Assembly: GCA_951406725.2 (NCBI GenBank)
Contig: OX597818.1
Span: 106,268,001 to 106,332,000 of the forward strand
DNA length: 64,000 nt
DNA from: Octopus vulgaris
Lineage: Eukaryota
Direction: 5' to 3'
The first letter of the stretch is position 1, and every line of letters begins with the position of its first letter. The notes under the pieces were generated by a model that saw only the letters and a list, made by a program, of their open reading frames with translations, did not search any database and was not told the DNA's origin. This document shows, piece by piece, positions 24,640-38,425 of the stretch. The position numbers were made by a program, and so were the translations under genes.

Positions 24640-25020
24640 GCTAGCACACAAGAAATAAAATACAAATTAAAAAAGAAAATAAGGAACAGGTGATAGCTAC
24701 AAATTACCTTGTAAACAAGAGGGACAAAGATACCAGCAAAACTCCATGTTGGGATAAAACAATGTTGGCCCTGCTCTGGCAGTGTGGAAGATATCACCTA
24801 CATCATCAGTAGCTTCCCCAAGATGTCTATGAAATTCTTATTCGTACCTTTCATCATAGGTGCATTAGGTTATATACCAACAAATATGCACAAAATCCGA
24901 AAAATACTCACTTTCATGGGGAAAGAGCAAATGAAACTGGTGCAGATTCTCCAAATCCAATCAATTAATGGCACAGTAAAGATTTGCAAGACATTACAAA
25001 AATTTCCCATGAGATACTAA
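24640..25020 (+). mobile_element. R4/Dong-like 3' fragment, internally deleted (same family as 2160-3160)
   Basis: EDITYIISSFPKMS joined to FVPFIIGALG..LQIQSINGTVKICK. Confidence 0.75.
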
Positions 25021-25984
25021 TGTGAATAGATGCACACACTTGGGTGCCTGCATCAACAGTTCAGCTAATGCACCAACTGAGCCACATATTCACAAACACT
25101 GGGACCTCTTCCCACTCAGAAAGTTTTATCACTTTACTAGCATCTGGCTTTAGCTCTCTCAAGAACTTAAATAAACTCAAAGAAAAAGCATGCCTGCATG
25201 CATGCACATGTGCATGTGCACACAAACATGCACACGCACACACATACACACATGCACACACACATACACACACACAAAGTGAGTTGGAATAAGAGACATG
25301 AAATGTTGCACAAAGTTATTTTCCTTGAACCACAAATTTAAGACTTAAAATTTTACCCTAAAAATTAAAAGAAAATATTTTTCTCAAATTATTTTCATAT
25401 TTTTTTTGCACACTATTCCTATTCTTTTCTCTCCTCTTATCTTCTGCTTTTTTCTATGGATATAATACTGATTGATGTTTCAATAATGACATTATATGAC
25501 CTTAGAAAAAATATTTTCTTGGTAAAACCCTTTCACTATATTTTCCACAATCTATATTTTTTGATGTCTTTTCATGATGAAGCACGAGTAGCTTATACAT
25601 CCATACCTTCTCATATAGTACGTGCATCATGGCATGCAAAATATACCGACCTCTCTCTCTCCTTTGCAATCAAATCCCTACATCAAATTCAAATAACCTT
25701 TTCAACATTCTCTAGGAATTCTTTTGGTATTTTCCATTCCTTTTGTGCACTATTCAGCTGAAGGATATTTTGCATTTTGTTTTTTCTTCAAAAGCTATAC
25801 CCACTAGCTATTCTAGCTTTAATCTCCAGTCCCATCTAAAGACCAGAAACAAAGCTAGGAGTAATGGTCAGTGTTATTCCAAGTAAACTGCTTCATGATT
25901 TCTAGATCATGATTTTGCTGTCACTTAGGAATTCACAGATTGGACACAGTGATGGAACAGCTTGTTAAATGGAAGTACTTTTAT

Positions 25985-27140
25985 TCAATATGGAGTTGAT
26001 CCACCTTTGGCATCAGTTGCAGCCTAAATACGTTGAGGAATTGACTCATCCAGGTTCTGAATGGTTGTAAAGAGAAATTTTTGAACCCATTTTATCTCTT
26101 CCAGTGATACAAAAAGCTGCTCTTCACCTACTGCTCCAAAATACATACATTTTTGGTTGCATTGACACCTGTTGATTGTGGAGGGCCAGCCCAACTGGTC
26201 TACTTCCCTTTTGTGCTCCTTGTACCAATTTTGAATAACGTTAGCCATGTGAATCACATTATCATCATGGAAGATCATACTACCATTAGGAACAATGATC
26301 AACCAAAGCAAGCAGATAATCCTTAACATTAACTCTGCCATGTAGAACAACGAAAGGGCTAAGAAAATGTCATGACATGGTTGCTCTAATCATCACTGAA
26401 CCACCTCCATGCTTTATATTAGGGTCCAAACAGTCAGCATTGAATGTTTCTTTGGGATATCTCCAGACATAAGAAAAAGTGTGAATGACGATTCAATAGG
26501 GAAGATGACATTATTCCATTGAGCCATTGACTATACCTGATTGTCATCATCATGATTGTCATTTAACGTCTGTTATCCATGCTGGCATGGGTTGCATGGC
26601 TTGACCAGGGCTGGTAAGCTGGAAGGCTGCACCAGACTTCAGTTCTGATTTGGCATTGTTTCTACAGCTGGATGCCCTTCCTAATGTCAACCACTTTACA
26701 GAGTGTAATGGGTGCTTTTAGATGCTACCGGCATAATGCATAATGCTTAGACACCATTTTTTTTTTTGTTTACCAGTCTTCCTGGAAGACAGGAAAGGTT
26801 TAGTAATTATAGTTCTTTGGTATCCAGCTTAATGGAACTTATTGATGAATGGGTTTGGTTGGCAAGGTAGAGGTTTAGCTCTGCTGTTACTTTTTCTACC
26901 ATAGTTTGATGTTATTTTAGACACAATACATTTCATTATTCTGTGGTCCCTCTCTGTGAACTTTACTTTTCATTGAGAATTATGCTTGTCAGAATAAGTT
27001 TTACCTTGGTTTTGGAATGTCAACAAGATTTCAGAGACAGGACCTCTTGAAACACTAAATTCAGAAGGTTTAGTGACTGAACTTACAGCTCTCTTCACTC
27101 AAACAATTTGTCCTCTTTGAAAATCAGACATCTCACACAT
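25985..27140 (-). mobile_element. Tc1-like transposase relic with nested RTE 3' end (26545-26735)
   Basis: MSDFQRGQIV, IFHDDN..H, LGWP, IQNLDESIPQRI*AATDAKGGSTPY. Confidence 0.8.
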
Positions 27141-27499
27141 TTTAACGTATTCACATACAAATATCAACAAACAGAGAAAAGCTGAGAGCTACATCGTGAA
27201 GTACAAGACATACAAAATGTATATGAACCCATGTGTACATATAACAGTCCTGAATTTGGTGGCAAGAGAAATCATTTACATGTGACTGCTTGTTAGCTGA
27301 CTTCTTTCCAATAGAAGTGGTTTTCTGCTATAATCATACAAAAAAAAAAAAAAATGATACATATTCTAGACGTTCAGTCATGTCTTTTAGAGAGGTGAAT
27401 GTTGCTTGACAAGTGTTTCACTTGGTGATAAGCTGCTGATAATTTATGACAAAAAGTTCTGTATTTGCCTTCATTGGTAAGTATGAATATGATCTGGCA

Positions 27500-27890
27500 G
27501 TGCTGGGAAAGCCAACTGGAATACTCTATGCAAATTCAAATCCAAAGTAATCAATTTGTTTTACCATAATGACTATCAGCAAATGATTGACTGCCTATAA
27601 GGTTATGGTAGTTGTCAAACAAAGACTAAACTTTTAAGGTATCATCTAATATTTAAAAGAGGCAGCTACTTGACAACTTTACAAGTGACAGGAGAAGCAG
27701 TTCACTGGATAGCAGCTTTGGTGTTCATGTAATTGCTTTAGACATTTTCAATTTTGACAATTTACACCATAAACAATTGCTTCATGATATGATGAGCTTT
27801 GGTATATCTGGTTGAGTCTTTTCCATTGTCAAATAATTTCTAACAGCAAGCAATCTGAAAGTTGTTGGCTATAGTCGTTCTGCTAGAATT
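27500..27890 (+). mobile_element. CR1/Jockey-like RT fragment
   Basis: VIALDI..FDNLHHKQLLHDMMSFGISG*VFSIVK*FL. Confidence 0.55.
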
Positions 27891-28025
27891 TATTAAACCA
27901 ATATAGGCATGCCACAAGTATCTATCCTAAGACCTACATACTTCCTGCTATCTCTATAACTTCATCTCTGCCCACAATTTCCAACCAGCTACAAATCAAA
28001 CATTTTGTTTATATAATATATTATA

Positions 28026-28464
28026 GGCGCAGGAGTGGCTGTGTGGTAAGTAGCTTGCTAACCAACCACATGGTTCCGGGTTCAGTCCCACTGCGTGGCA
28101 TCTTGGGCAAGTGTCTTCTGCTATAGCCCCGGGCCGACCAATGCCTTGTGAGTGGATTTGGGAGACGGAAACTGAAAGAAGCCTGTCGTATATATGTATA
28201 TATATATATATATGTATATGTGTGTGTGTGTTTGTGTGTCTGTGTTTGTCCCCCTAGCATTGCTTGACAACCGATGCTGGTGTGTTTACGTTCCCGTCAC
28301 TTTGCGGTTCGGCAAAAGAGACCGATAGAATAAGCACTGGGCTTACTAAGAATAAGTCCCGGGGTCGATTTGCTCGACTAAAGGCAGTGCTCCAGCATGG
28401 CCGCAGTCAAAATGACTGAAACAAGTAAAAGAGTAAAAGAGTAAAAAGAGTAAAAAGAGTAAAA
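28026..28464 (+). mobile_element. SINE family B, full-length young copy
   Basis: tRNA-like head (TGGCTGTGTGG; GGTTCAGTCCC), CORE-like TTGGGCAAGT, internal (TA)n(TG)n, (GAGTAAAA)n tail. Confidence 0.9.
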
Positions 28465-29036
28465 CCAAACTATGTGAGAAATAAATGGAAATCAGCATGA
28501 GTTGAATACTAAGTGTGAAATTTTTTTTATTCCTATTCATCTTTCTGGATATGTTTTTCTTTTTAAATATAAATTTAATACAGAAATCTATTCTTCGAAT
28601 CCTCTAGTCTTGATTACAGATCCATCTATGCTTCTAAGAGCCTAATCTGGCCATAGATTCTCCTCCTTTACACAGAGATAAAACGTAATAGTGTCTACAA
28701 GCTACAGGCATCCTACATAATAATATTGCTGTTGAATTTGATAGACAGAGTTTCTCAGTGAAACATACTTCGTACTGTCAACAACATAGTTATGAGGAAC
28801 CAAAGTTCATCATAACTATGTTATAACTCGTAGTATTATCTTTATAGCACCAACAGTGTACATAATCCACACTTAATCTAGTCATAATCTGGAAGCATGT
28901 GCTAAAATTGAAGTACAATAATACTAAAAAGTACTTTATCTGTCTTACTCTACTTATTTAAACCATTGATATTTTTGTTTAGTTGAGAAATTGGCAATAG
29001 AAAACCGTTGAGCAAAATATTTAAAAAAGCATTTAC

Positions 29037-29091
29037 TTCCGCAATCTGTATCGACAGGAAAATTTTCCCCAAACATCTTGCCTCTGCAAGC
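29037..29091 (-). CDS. Tentative upstream exon of host gene (ACRGKMFGENFPVDTDCG-)
   Basis: atttctccag| acceptor, GAA|gtaaat donor, 55 bp phase 0 to 1, compatible with 19794-19880; no homology support. Confidence 0.3.
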
Positions 29092-30479
29092 CTGGAGAAA
29101 TGAATATAAAGCAGTATATATACTGTTCATATATCCATCACTCCCAGTGTGCACTTTCTACACCCACAGTTCATAGGTATTATATACAAAATGGGAGTAG
29201 CTGAGCTACAACTACTCAGCAGTGCATATCTTCCTACTTATTAGCAGACTTTAGCTTCAGTATAACCACTGTGTATATTCATTTGATGCATGATATAAGT
29301 GTGTCTGTAAGAATTATTAATGAAAGAAAACCAAAAATCAACCTGAAATCCTAGTGATAATGAAGCAGTGAAGAGGAAATAGGGAGAGGAAACCATAAAT
29401 CACAAATGACTTGTGATCCTCTTATCTGGTCTCACATTGAAAGAACAACTGAAATAATTATGGTTAATGGAGACAAACAGCTTTTTTCTTTTGTTCCATT
29501 CCCTTTTTTTTTTATTTTTGTGTCACTAAACTGCAGTCTGTAACTGTGTGTTCTGTTTAAACTAGCTGGCAGCCATCCATCTAATAGAAAAAATGCTGAG
29601 CTAAAGAACACCATGAAGGAGAGGGAGAGACAGAAGATGGATGGAGTGGAAATTAAGGCTTCAGAGCAGTAGAGAGATGAAGCATCATCATCATTTTCTG
29701 TTTAATTTCCTCCTAGCAGACGATGGATGGAGCAATGTTTGCAAAGCTTCTTATTGATAACCACTGCTTTCATAGGTTGATACACACATGTATCATTTCA
29801 GTTTGTTTCTAGGGCTGGATGCCCTTCCTGACATCAACCATTTCACAAAATGTCCTGGGTGAAATTTTTTTTGTGTCAATAACACTAAAAAAGTTAATAA
29901 GTTCTCTTGCAAGACGAGAAGAGAGAGTTTATTCATATCAAAATAGATAGAAAATGGAAAAAAAACCCCACCAAAGCAAGATAAAACTAAAACTGAAAAA
30001 TGAGTGTAATGATAATCTCTTGTAATTTGATTGGCATTTCACCATCATTATCATTTTAATTAATGTCTGTTTTCCATGCATGCTGGTATGGGTTGGATGG
30101 CTTGACAGGAGCTGGCAAGGCTCGAGAGCTGTACCAGGCTTCTTTGGTGGGATGGTCTTCCTAATGCTAATCATTTTACAATTACCACAAGTCATCACAC
30201 CAAATACCATTATCAATTTGCAAAGAGCAATTACCAAAACAATCGAGTTAATTATGAAATAGTTAATATGCAGAACCAAAAGATAAACAAATTAGAACAA
30301 TTTGTTGTTGAACGTGTTGAACAGCAGACGGAAAATCTAAAACCTGAGAAATAGTAATAATAAAATGATTTTAATGCATTTCCTTTTTGGGAATGGAAAC
30401 TTATGTTTTAGAGTTTAAGAAATAAAGACACTCTGTTTTTCAATACAGATATGAATTTCATATGCATATTACTGTTGCA

Positions 30480-31900
30480 TCTGATAGAGAAGACAATTCC
30501 TGTTAATATACATAAACTGGTCAAGATGCCAACAACAACAACAATAATAACAATCTACTACCAGTGGAACAAAAAAGGTGTAGACATAGGAGCAGAGGAA
30601 CAAAGTTGATTGCAAGAAGAGACACAAAAATTTGGTGATCGTATGAGTGGACGACAGGAAAGCATACGAATGGTCACACACTCGCGGATTATTGAATGGC
30701 TTAAACTGCTTAAGGTTTCACACAATATCCTGAAGTTAATACAAAACTCAATGACAATGTGGTGAACTGAACTCACAACATGGAGAGATAAGCTGGGAGA
30801 GGTAAATGTCAAAAGAGGAATCTTTCAAGAGGACAGTCTGTCGTCTCTGCTATTTGGTGTCTGCATACTGCCACTAACAAGCATTTTAAGAAAGATGCGT
30901 ATGAGGTACATGCTAGGCAGGGTGAAAGTAAACAACCTGTGGTTTATGGATGACTTAAAGCTATTTGCTAAGATTGAGAAAGAAATTGAGAGTTTGATGG
31001 CAACTGTGCAGATGATTAGCAAAAGATATTGGCATGGAATTTGGGATCTAGAAATGTGGTGTAATGATCCTCAAAAGGGTGAAAATCATTAAAAGCCATG
31101 AGAGGAAGGATATAAGTACCTGGGTATCATTGAAAGAGATATGATAAATGAACACAAAATGAAAGAAATGTACAGGAAAGAGTATTTGAGGAGAACTCGG
31201 CCTGTGCTCGAACTGAAGCTAAATGGCTGCTATAAGATTAGAGCAATTAACATGTGGGATATTGCGTTGATGAGATATGGGCAGGAAGACAAAAGGAGAT
31301 ATGACAATGTGGCCAGATATGTCCATTGACTGTTGTGTAGTAAAGCAAACCTTGAGAGAGTCGAACAATGGTATGAACACAAGCCAGAGGGAGTAATGGA
31401 AAATGAACATTATAAAATACTCTGGGATTTTAACATGCAGAGCGATTGAGTCATAGAGGCGAGACAACCAGATATCGTGCTCATCCATAATGATGAAAAA
31501 GAAGTAAAGATAATGGATGTTGCAATACCAAGTGATTTGAGGGTGAAATGTAAGGAAACAAAAGAGAAATACCAGCGAATGTGGGACGAGATAGAAAAGT
31601 TATGGGCATGAGGAAAGTAATGATGATACCGGTGGTAACTGGCACATTAGGACCAGTTTCCAAGGGATTTGAAAAGCATATTAAAAATATTGGAGATGTT
31701 GTCAGGCTAGAGGTGATCCAGAAGGCAACATTGTTGGGTACAACTCGCATTCTAAGGAGAGTATTGTTTCTTTGAGTCACAGGAGAAGGTACTACTTGAA
31801 ACCTTTGGTGATTTGTTGTTCCCTGCTTTCAAGTAAAGAATAACTGGTAATTAAGAACTATCTGAGAGCCTTTCAGAATAGATGATAACAATAATAAAGC
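30480..31900 (+). mobile_element. R4/Dong-like retrotransposon (RT + RLE), decayed
   Basis: RGIFQEDSLSSLLF, VNNLWFMDDLKLFAK, YKYLG, RRYDNVARYVH, ILWDF..RQPDIV..MDVAIP, IPVVTGTLG, QKATLLGTTRILRRVL. Confidence 0.9.
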
Positions 31901-32019
31901 TAGAAAGTTCTGGAGTAATATTTGGGATAAAACAGTTGATTATAATGGAGATACAGTAAGGTTAAAGAAAGTGAGTGAAGAAGTAGTGAGTGAGAAGCAG
32001 CTAGATCTAAGATTAACTA

Positions 32020-32459
32020 GTGCATAGTCTTAATTGAGATAGAGAAAAGGAAGCCAGACATAGTCTTAATTGAGAAAGAAAGCAAACTATGCTGGATCAT
32101 AGATATAGCATGCCCAGCTGACAAGGAATGCAATAAGGAAGAAAGAAAAGTCGAGAGATATGACAGGTTAGCTTGGGAAGTTAAGCAGTTGTGATCGATG
32201 AAAAAGGTAGCAGTAGTACCAATAATTGTCGGAGCCCTGGGAGCAGTGAGTAAAAATCTCGAGAAGTACATGGAATAAATAGGGGCTGCAATAAGGGTGG
32301 AGCACTTGCAGAAAGCAGCACTGCTTGGAACCGCTCGACTACTTCGGAAGGTGCTTGTAAAATAAGAGGTGTTGCCTTACTTCACTGGTAGTGAACAGCT
32401 GACACTGTAGTACATCTCCAGTGTTAGAAGCTGTGCAAAGGCAATAATAATAATAATAA
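32020..32459 (+). mobile_element. R4/Dong-like 3' end with (TAA)n tail
   Basis: RKPDIVLIEK..CWIIDIACP, VPIIVGALG, LQKAALLGTARLLRKVL; TAA repeats 32443-32459. Confidence 0.85.
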
Positions 32460-32749
32460 TTTACCTTTGGAAACATGGGTGTTTCATTCAACAACCTTAA
32501 ACAACCCTTTTTCCAGGGACCTTTTGAGTGGGATGGGCTATTCAACCTGAAGAAAATTCTAACTGGGTCCCACAGTAAGGTTATGTGCTGTTTATCTTGA
32601 TATGTGATCACCATGTCACACACATATGGCTGTCAGGCGTGTGCCTGCTGTATCATTATCATACAGGTAGTCATGATTGGTACACTGGGTTTCATATATT
32701 TTACCCTGGAGTCACTTTGATGGTATGCACTGCTCTCTCACTCAATAAT

Positions 32750-33596
32750 ATTAATAACAGAAGTTGCTGGAAAATAGGTGGGATTGGTTGATGAAAGGAA
32801 CCCTAAAAAAGAAAGACTGAGAGCATTATACTGGCAGTGCATGACCAAGCTTTGGCCATGAACTGGAGGATCAACCTTAGGAATGAGCAAGAGTCTCCTC
32901 CGAACTGCATCTGCAATAGAAACCATTGCCCATATCACAAACAAATGCCCTAGACTTGCCCAAAACCACTACAAGTTGTGGCGACATGACCAGCTAGTGA
33001 AACTGTGGAAACTGTGTGAAGAGTGGAGGCTAGAGAGAGGCAAGATGTAGTAAGAGCACAAACTGCAAAGTGTAATGGAGTCGGAAACTCGTAAAATCCT
33101 CTGGGATTTCCCTATCCAAACATATCAGGTGCTTGAGCATGACAGCCCAGACCTATGGGTGGTGGACAAGGTGCACCACATTTGCTATGTAGTTGATGTT
33201 GCATGTCCCTTTGACCCACGAATAGTCAAGAAGGAAGCTGTAAAGATAGATAAATACAACCCTCGTAAGTACGAAATAGCCTGGCTATGGAAAATGAAGA
33301 AGGTAGAGATAATGCTAATTATTATTGGGTCCTTGGGGACAGTATCAGAAGGCATCAAGAGGAAGATAAAGGAAATTGGAATAGAGTGCCCAATAGAACT
33401 GTTACGAAAGGTTTACCTCCTTGGCATGGTCAGAATAATCAGGAAATTATTAGGTAGCTGAAAATAAAGAATAGCATGGTACTGTAGTGTGCAGGTAGTA
33501 AGCCCGCTATGCATGCAAGACTCCAGGAGCTCCAACAGTATTTGTGATAAAGAGAAAATAATAATAATAATAATAATGATAATAATAATAATAATA

Positions 33597-33597
<1 letters not shown>
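32750..33597 (+). mobile_element. R4/Dong-like 3' end with (TAA)n tail
   Basis: ETIAHI..CP, WRHD, ILWDFPIQT..SPDL..VDVACPFD, IIGSLG. Confidence 0.85.

Positions 33598-33636
<39 letters not shown>
33558..33636 (+). repeat. Compound (TAA)n(TGA)n microsatellite
   Basis: Direct reading. Confidence 0.95.
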
Positions 33637-33654
33637 CAATAATAATGATAATAA

Positions 33655-34350
33655 CATTGGAGAGTCAACTTTACAAATGAGCAAGTGTCTCCTCTGAACT
33701 CCATCTGTAATAGAGTGGATGAAACCATTGCCCATATTGCAAACGAATGCTGTAGTCTCACCCAAAACCACTACAAGCTGTGGCAACATGATGAGGTGGC
33801 AAAAGTACAACACTGGAAACTGTGTGAAACGTGAGGACTAGAGAGAGGCAAGACATGGTATGAGCAAAAACCACAGAGAGTGGTGGAGTTGGAGACTAGC
33901 AAAAGCTTTTGGGATTTTCCATTTCAAACAGATCAGGTGCTACAGCATAAAAGACTGGACCTAATGGTGGTCAACAAGATGCACCACATCTGCTATATAG
34001 TTAGTGTTGCATGCCCCTTTGACCTATGGATAGTCAAGAAGGAACGTGAAAAAGTAGATAAATACAATCTTCTTGAGTATGAAATAGCCTGGCTATGGAA
34101 AAAGAAGGAGAAGATCGTGCCAATTATTGTCAGGTCTTTGGGCGACAGTATCAGAAAACATCCACAGGAATATAAAGGAAATTGGAATAGAGTGTCCAGT
34201 AGAACTGCTACAAAAGTTTTAACTCCTTGGCACGGCCAGAATAATCAGGAAAGTATTAGATAGTTGAAAAGAACTGATAGCATGGTACCATATGCATGCA
34301 TGACTCCAGGAATTACAACAAAACCCAAGATAAAAAGGGAAACAACAGAA
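33655..34350 (+). mobile_element. R4/Dong-like 3' end (same subfamily as 32750-33597)
   Basis: Colinear with 32870-33550; FWDFPFQTDQV..VACPFD. Confidence 0.85.
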
Positions 34351-34434
34351 ATAACAGCATAGATATAAAAGATTTTTAAGTATACAAAATGGCGATATGT
34401 TTCATAGGGAAATTTTCTTTACTTTTTCGTTTTC

Positions 34435-34970
34435 GTTTAATGTCTGCTTTCCATGCTAGCATGGGTTGGACAGTTTGACTGAGGGCTGGTGAACCAGAAG
34501 GCTGCACCAAGCTCCAGTCTTGATCTGGCAGAGTTTCTACATCTGGATGCCCTTCCTAATGCCAACCACTCCGAGAGTGTAGTGGGTGCTTTTATGTGCC
34601 ACTGGCATGGGGGCCAGTCAGGGGGTACTGGCAACAACCTTGCTCGAATCTTCTTACACATGCCACCGGCACAGGTGCCAGTAAGGCAATGCTGGTAACG
34701 ATCATGCTCGAATGGTGCCTTTCACATGCCACCTGCACGGAAGCCAGTTAGCAGCTTTGGCAAAGATCATGCTCGGATGGTGCTCTTAGCATGGGGCACA
34801 AGTGCCAGTAAGGTGATGCTGGTAATGATCACACTTGAATGGTGCCTTTTATGTGCCACTGGCACAGAAGCCGGTTAGCCGCTCTGTTAACGATCACGCT
34901 CGTATGGTGCTCTTTGCACCCTGCTAGCACGGGTGCCCGTCATCGAATTTCACTTTGATTTTGATTTTAT
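34435..34970 (-). mobile_element. RTE 3'UTR with about 6 tandem units
   Basis: Conserved 3' end plus repeated ATGCCACCGGCAC-type cores every ~63 bp. Confidence 0.85.
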
Positions 34971-36208
34971 AATCGAAAATTAAAATAAGTTATAAGCTGA
35001 AATAAGACGAATTTATCAGTCTGTTCTCACCATTCCATAATGCTGATGGAATACATTTTAAGTGAGTTTGGAGTAAATCTTCCCCAAGTTTTGTGTATAG
35101 TTTGCATACAGATTTAAAAACATCAATGTAATAATTAGTTAATGGAAAGAAATAATTTGAATACAATAAAAGAAATTTAAATAAAATATTTAATTAATAT
35201 GTTCTTCTTTATCCCTCACCTAGATTTATCATAAAAGTTGTCTTTTACTTCATCTTAACTGATAATATTTTTACAAAATAGTCAACAAATGCATTTTCTT
35301 TGGTAGCATTATCTTTTAGGTAGGGATTTTGTAATTAGGAACTACCAAACTATGCAGACTGGTGATAAATATTTTCCCAAAATATAAATATGGGATAAAT
35401 AAAAGATTATTTTTAGAAGGAAACTTCTCCAAAATACTAAGTGAAACCCCTTGTTGTAGTCTCTGCTCACTATGCTTCTTGGGTTTTAGTGTACCTTGGT
35501 TAGTTGGTTACTAATTGACCCTGTTGAAATTTCTATTGCATTCTTTGTACCCACCTTGCAGATTATATATATATGCATGTGTATGGATGGTGCATTTGAA
35601 AACAACTAGTTCTGATGTATGAATACCAAAAATAATATCCAGTTCTTTACAGAGTGCAGTTTTGATCCACAAACCTCTGGTTTAGAGGCTCAGCACACTT
35701 CCCCTTGCACCAATTTGTTCAATGAGTGATTAAGCAGTTACATAAAGTATTATTTCTTATATTGATTGTTCTGTTGCATCACTCCATTTCTTTGCCTTGA
35801 ACTCTTTCAGATATACAAAACATAATAACTACACAATACTTACTGCAGCACTTGGATGTTAATTTGCTTACATAAAGGTGACATTTTGCTCTCTTGATCC
35901 TCCAGGTGTCACATTTGATAAACCACATGCATAGATCTATGAGTTGCACATTTTTCTGAGTGCCTTTTCTGTGCCATTTTCAGATCAGTCAAAAGTAAAT
36001 CAATCCAGTGCAGCATAACAAGCAAGATTGCTCACATCGAGCTATTAGAAATGACATTTTGAAAAATATACTGTATAATTATTTATCAGGAGTACAAAAC
36101 CACAGTTAATCCATCTTGAAACACCACCTCTGGCACACTTCTTTTTCTTTTTTGTCATCTACAATTGATTTATTTCTCATACACTTAGCACAACAGTCAA
36201 GTTTCAGG

Positions 36209-36355
36209 TCTGACAGCTGTTTCTGGGGGCTCAGAATTACTGCCAACAGTAAAGTTATGTACAAATTTTCAATAGTATATTGGGCAATAAGTGATATTTA
36301 CTCATTATTTACAATTTAAACTGATTATCAAGTAGATTTTCTGTATCATCAGAGA
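36209..36355 (-). ncRNA. Type I hammerhead-like relic with long stem-II insert
   Basis: TCT-CTGATGA...(~120 nt)...GAAA-CAGCTG-TC-AGA; stem II base decayed. Confidence 0.5.
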
Positions 36356-38425
36356 TTTTTAATAAAGTGTCAGTGAAATGTGTGTAAAGGAAACATCAAA
36401 ATGAAAGTGTTGGTTGCCTCCTAGGTGGGTAAGTAGTGAAACTTTATATTTACTGTTAGAACTGGAAGAATAGTCTATGAGCTAAACCAAATGAGTCATT
36501 AGTTCCAGGCAGAAATATTAATATTCAATGGTGAACTCAATCCAAAAACATTATCTATTTAATTTTGGTGAGACTGGCTACCTTAAGAATACAGAATACT
36601 TTAAGAAGCCATTTGAACATGCATACGTCATCTATGTCAGAAAATAAGACAAGAAAGTTTGGTAATGTCAAATATCTTATAATAGATATAGGGACCCAGT
36701 GGAAGGCATAAAATTATTCTGGCCCAAAATATTTGTAACTTTTTACTATAAGTAAAATTACTCTAGTGGTATGCAATTTTAGTTAGCCTATACTGGTAAG
36801 GCAATATTTCTCTTAGTTCTTCGAACACAATCAACTGAATGGCTGGATATGATTGTGTTGATGATTGAGAACAAATGACACTGTTTGCCAGATGGTGACT
36901 TTTGTTTACATTTAACATGCTCATATGAGAACAAGGGGAAACACACACATACATGCTCTCTCTCACACACACAAATAGACAAATAAGATGGTCTTCATCC
37001 AGTAATTTCACTCACAAGGCTTTGGTGAACCATTGACAAGTCCTCGAAGAAAACAGATGGAAAGGTCCATTCAGGCAAAAACCACATGGTTTCAAAATCA
37101 ACTTCTTTACCACATGGTTGTACTTGCATCTATATTTGTGTGTGTATATGTGTGAATGTGGATGCACCTATTATATGTGTGTATGTATTAGCATCTAGGC
37201 ACCTATGTGTTCATCTATCCATATATGTGTGTAGGCACCAATGTGTGTGTTCGTGTGAGTGTATAGGCACCTATATATGTGTGAATATATAGACATCTAT
37301 ATGTGTGAGTACATGTGAGTGTGTAGACACCTGTGTGTGTGTGTGTGTGTGTGTGCATGCAAGGAAGTCATCTTAGATACTTAGACATCTATGGAAAAGA
37401 GTGGAACTAATTTATGGATGAGGTAATTCATATAAACGAGAAACAAGAATGAGCGATGAGGAATAATCAGTGGCACATATTTGAACAATAAAGATGAATA
37501 AAAGTATATCAACACTATCCATCCATCCATCTTCTCTGTCCAGAATTCTGGTGAGTACCGATGGGCAGAGTCCTATCAGAAGTGACTATCATTACACTTT
37601 CCAGATGGATTTCCAAGCACGGCCAACTAAAACTATGTATATTACCCAGCCATCTGGTTCTTTGTCTACCCCTAAGTCTCTTGCCAGTTGGCTTGAAGAA
37701 ACCATCTTGCCATTATTTCCTCCAGTATTCTAATCACATGTTCTTAGAACCGGATTTGTGATCACTTGATGTAAGTAACGGCTAGACCTGGAGAGACACT
37801 CAGCTCCCTGAGTTATGCACTCTGTTGAGTAATGTTATTCCAGAGATCCTTTAGAGGAGCCCCATTTCAGACACTCTTTCAGTCATTACTTAACATTCAT
37901 AACCAGAGGTGAGAATAGGTATTCTAGTGACACTAAAAATAAAACTGAAATGTTTTAGTTTAATACAGAGAAATTTTAAAATCAAAGAGTGACTAAAAGT
38001 TGACCTTAAGAATATATTCACTCACTGCCATGAGTGAATGGTATATTTGTATAACCAAACATGGAAGTGCTGAGTGAGTTGGTATTTTACCAAAAAGGGA
38101 AATCTCAATCACAGATCAGTTGCAAAAAGAGATTGGAAGATTGGCTAAATACCCTTGGAACATGGGGGGGTGGGGGGGAAAGGTAGTCACAAATCTACTA
38201 CAGTGAATCAAACCCAGTAACTCCCAAATTAAGTCTAAGTGACCCTTCATGTTGGCTAAATAAACCACAATGCTAAATAAACTGCATTTAATTTAGTTGT
38301 GAACTAACTTAGTGATGAAGCCTAGAAGTGCTCATGAGTGACTAAAATTTGACCATAAAAATATATTCACCTTAAAAATATATTCACTACAGTGGATGAA
38401 TAATAGGGGTAATGGCATCACTCAC

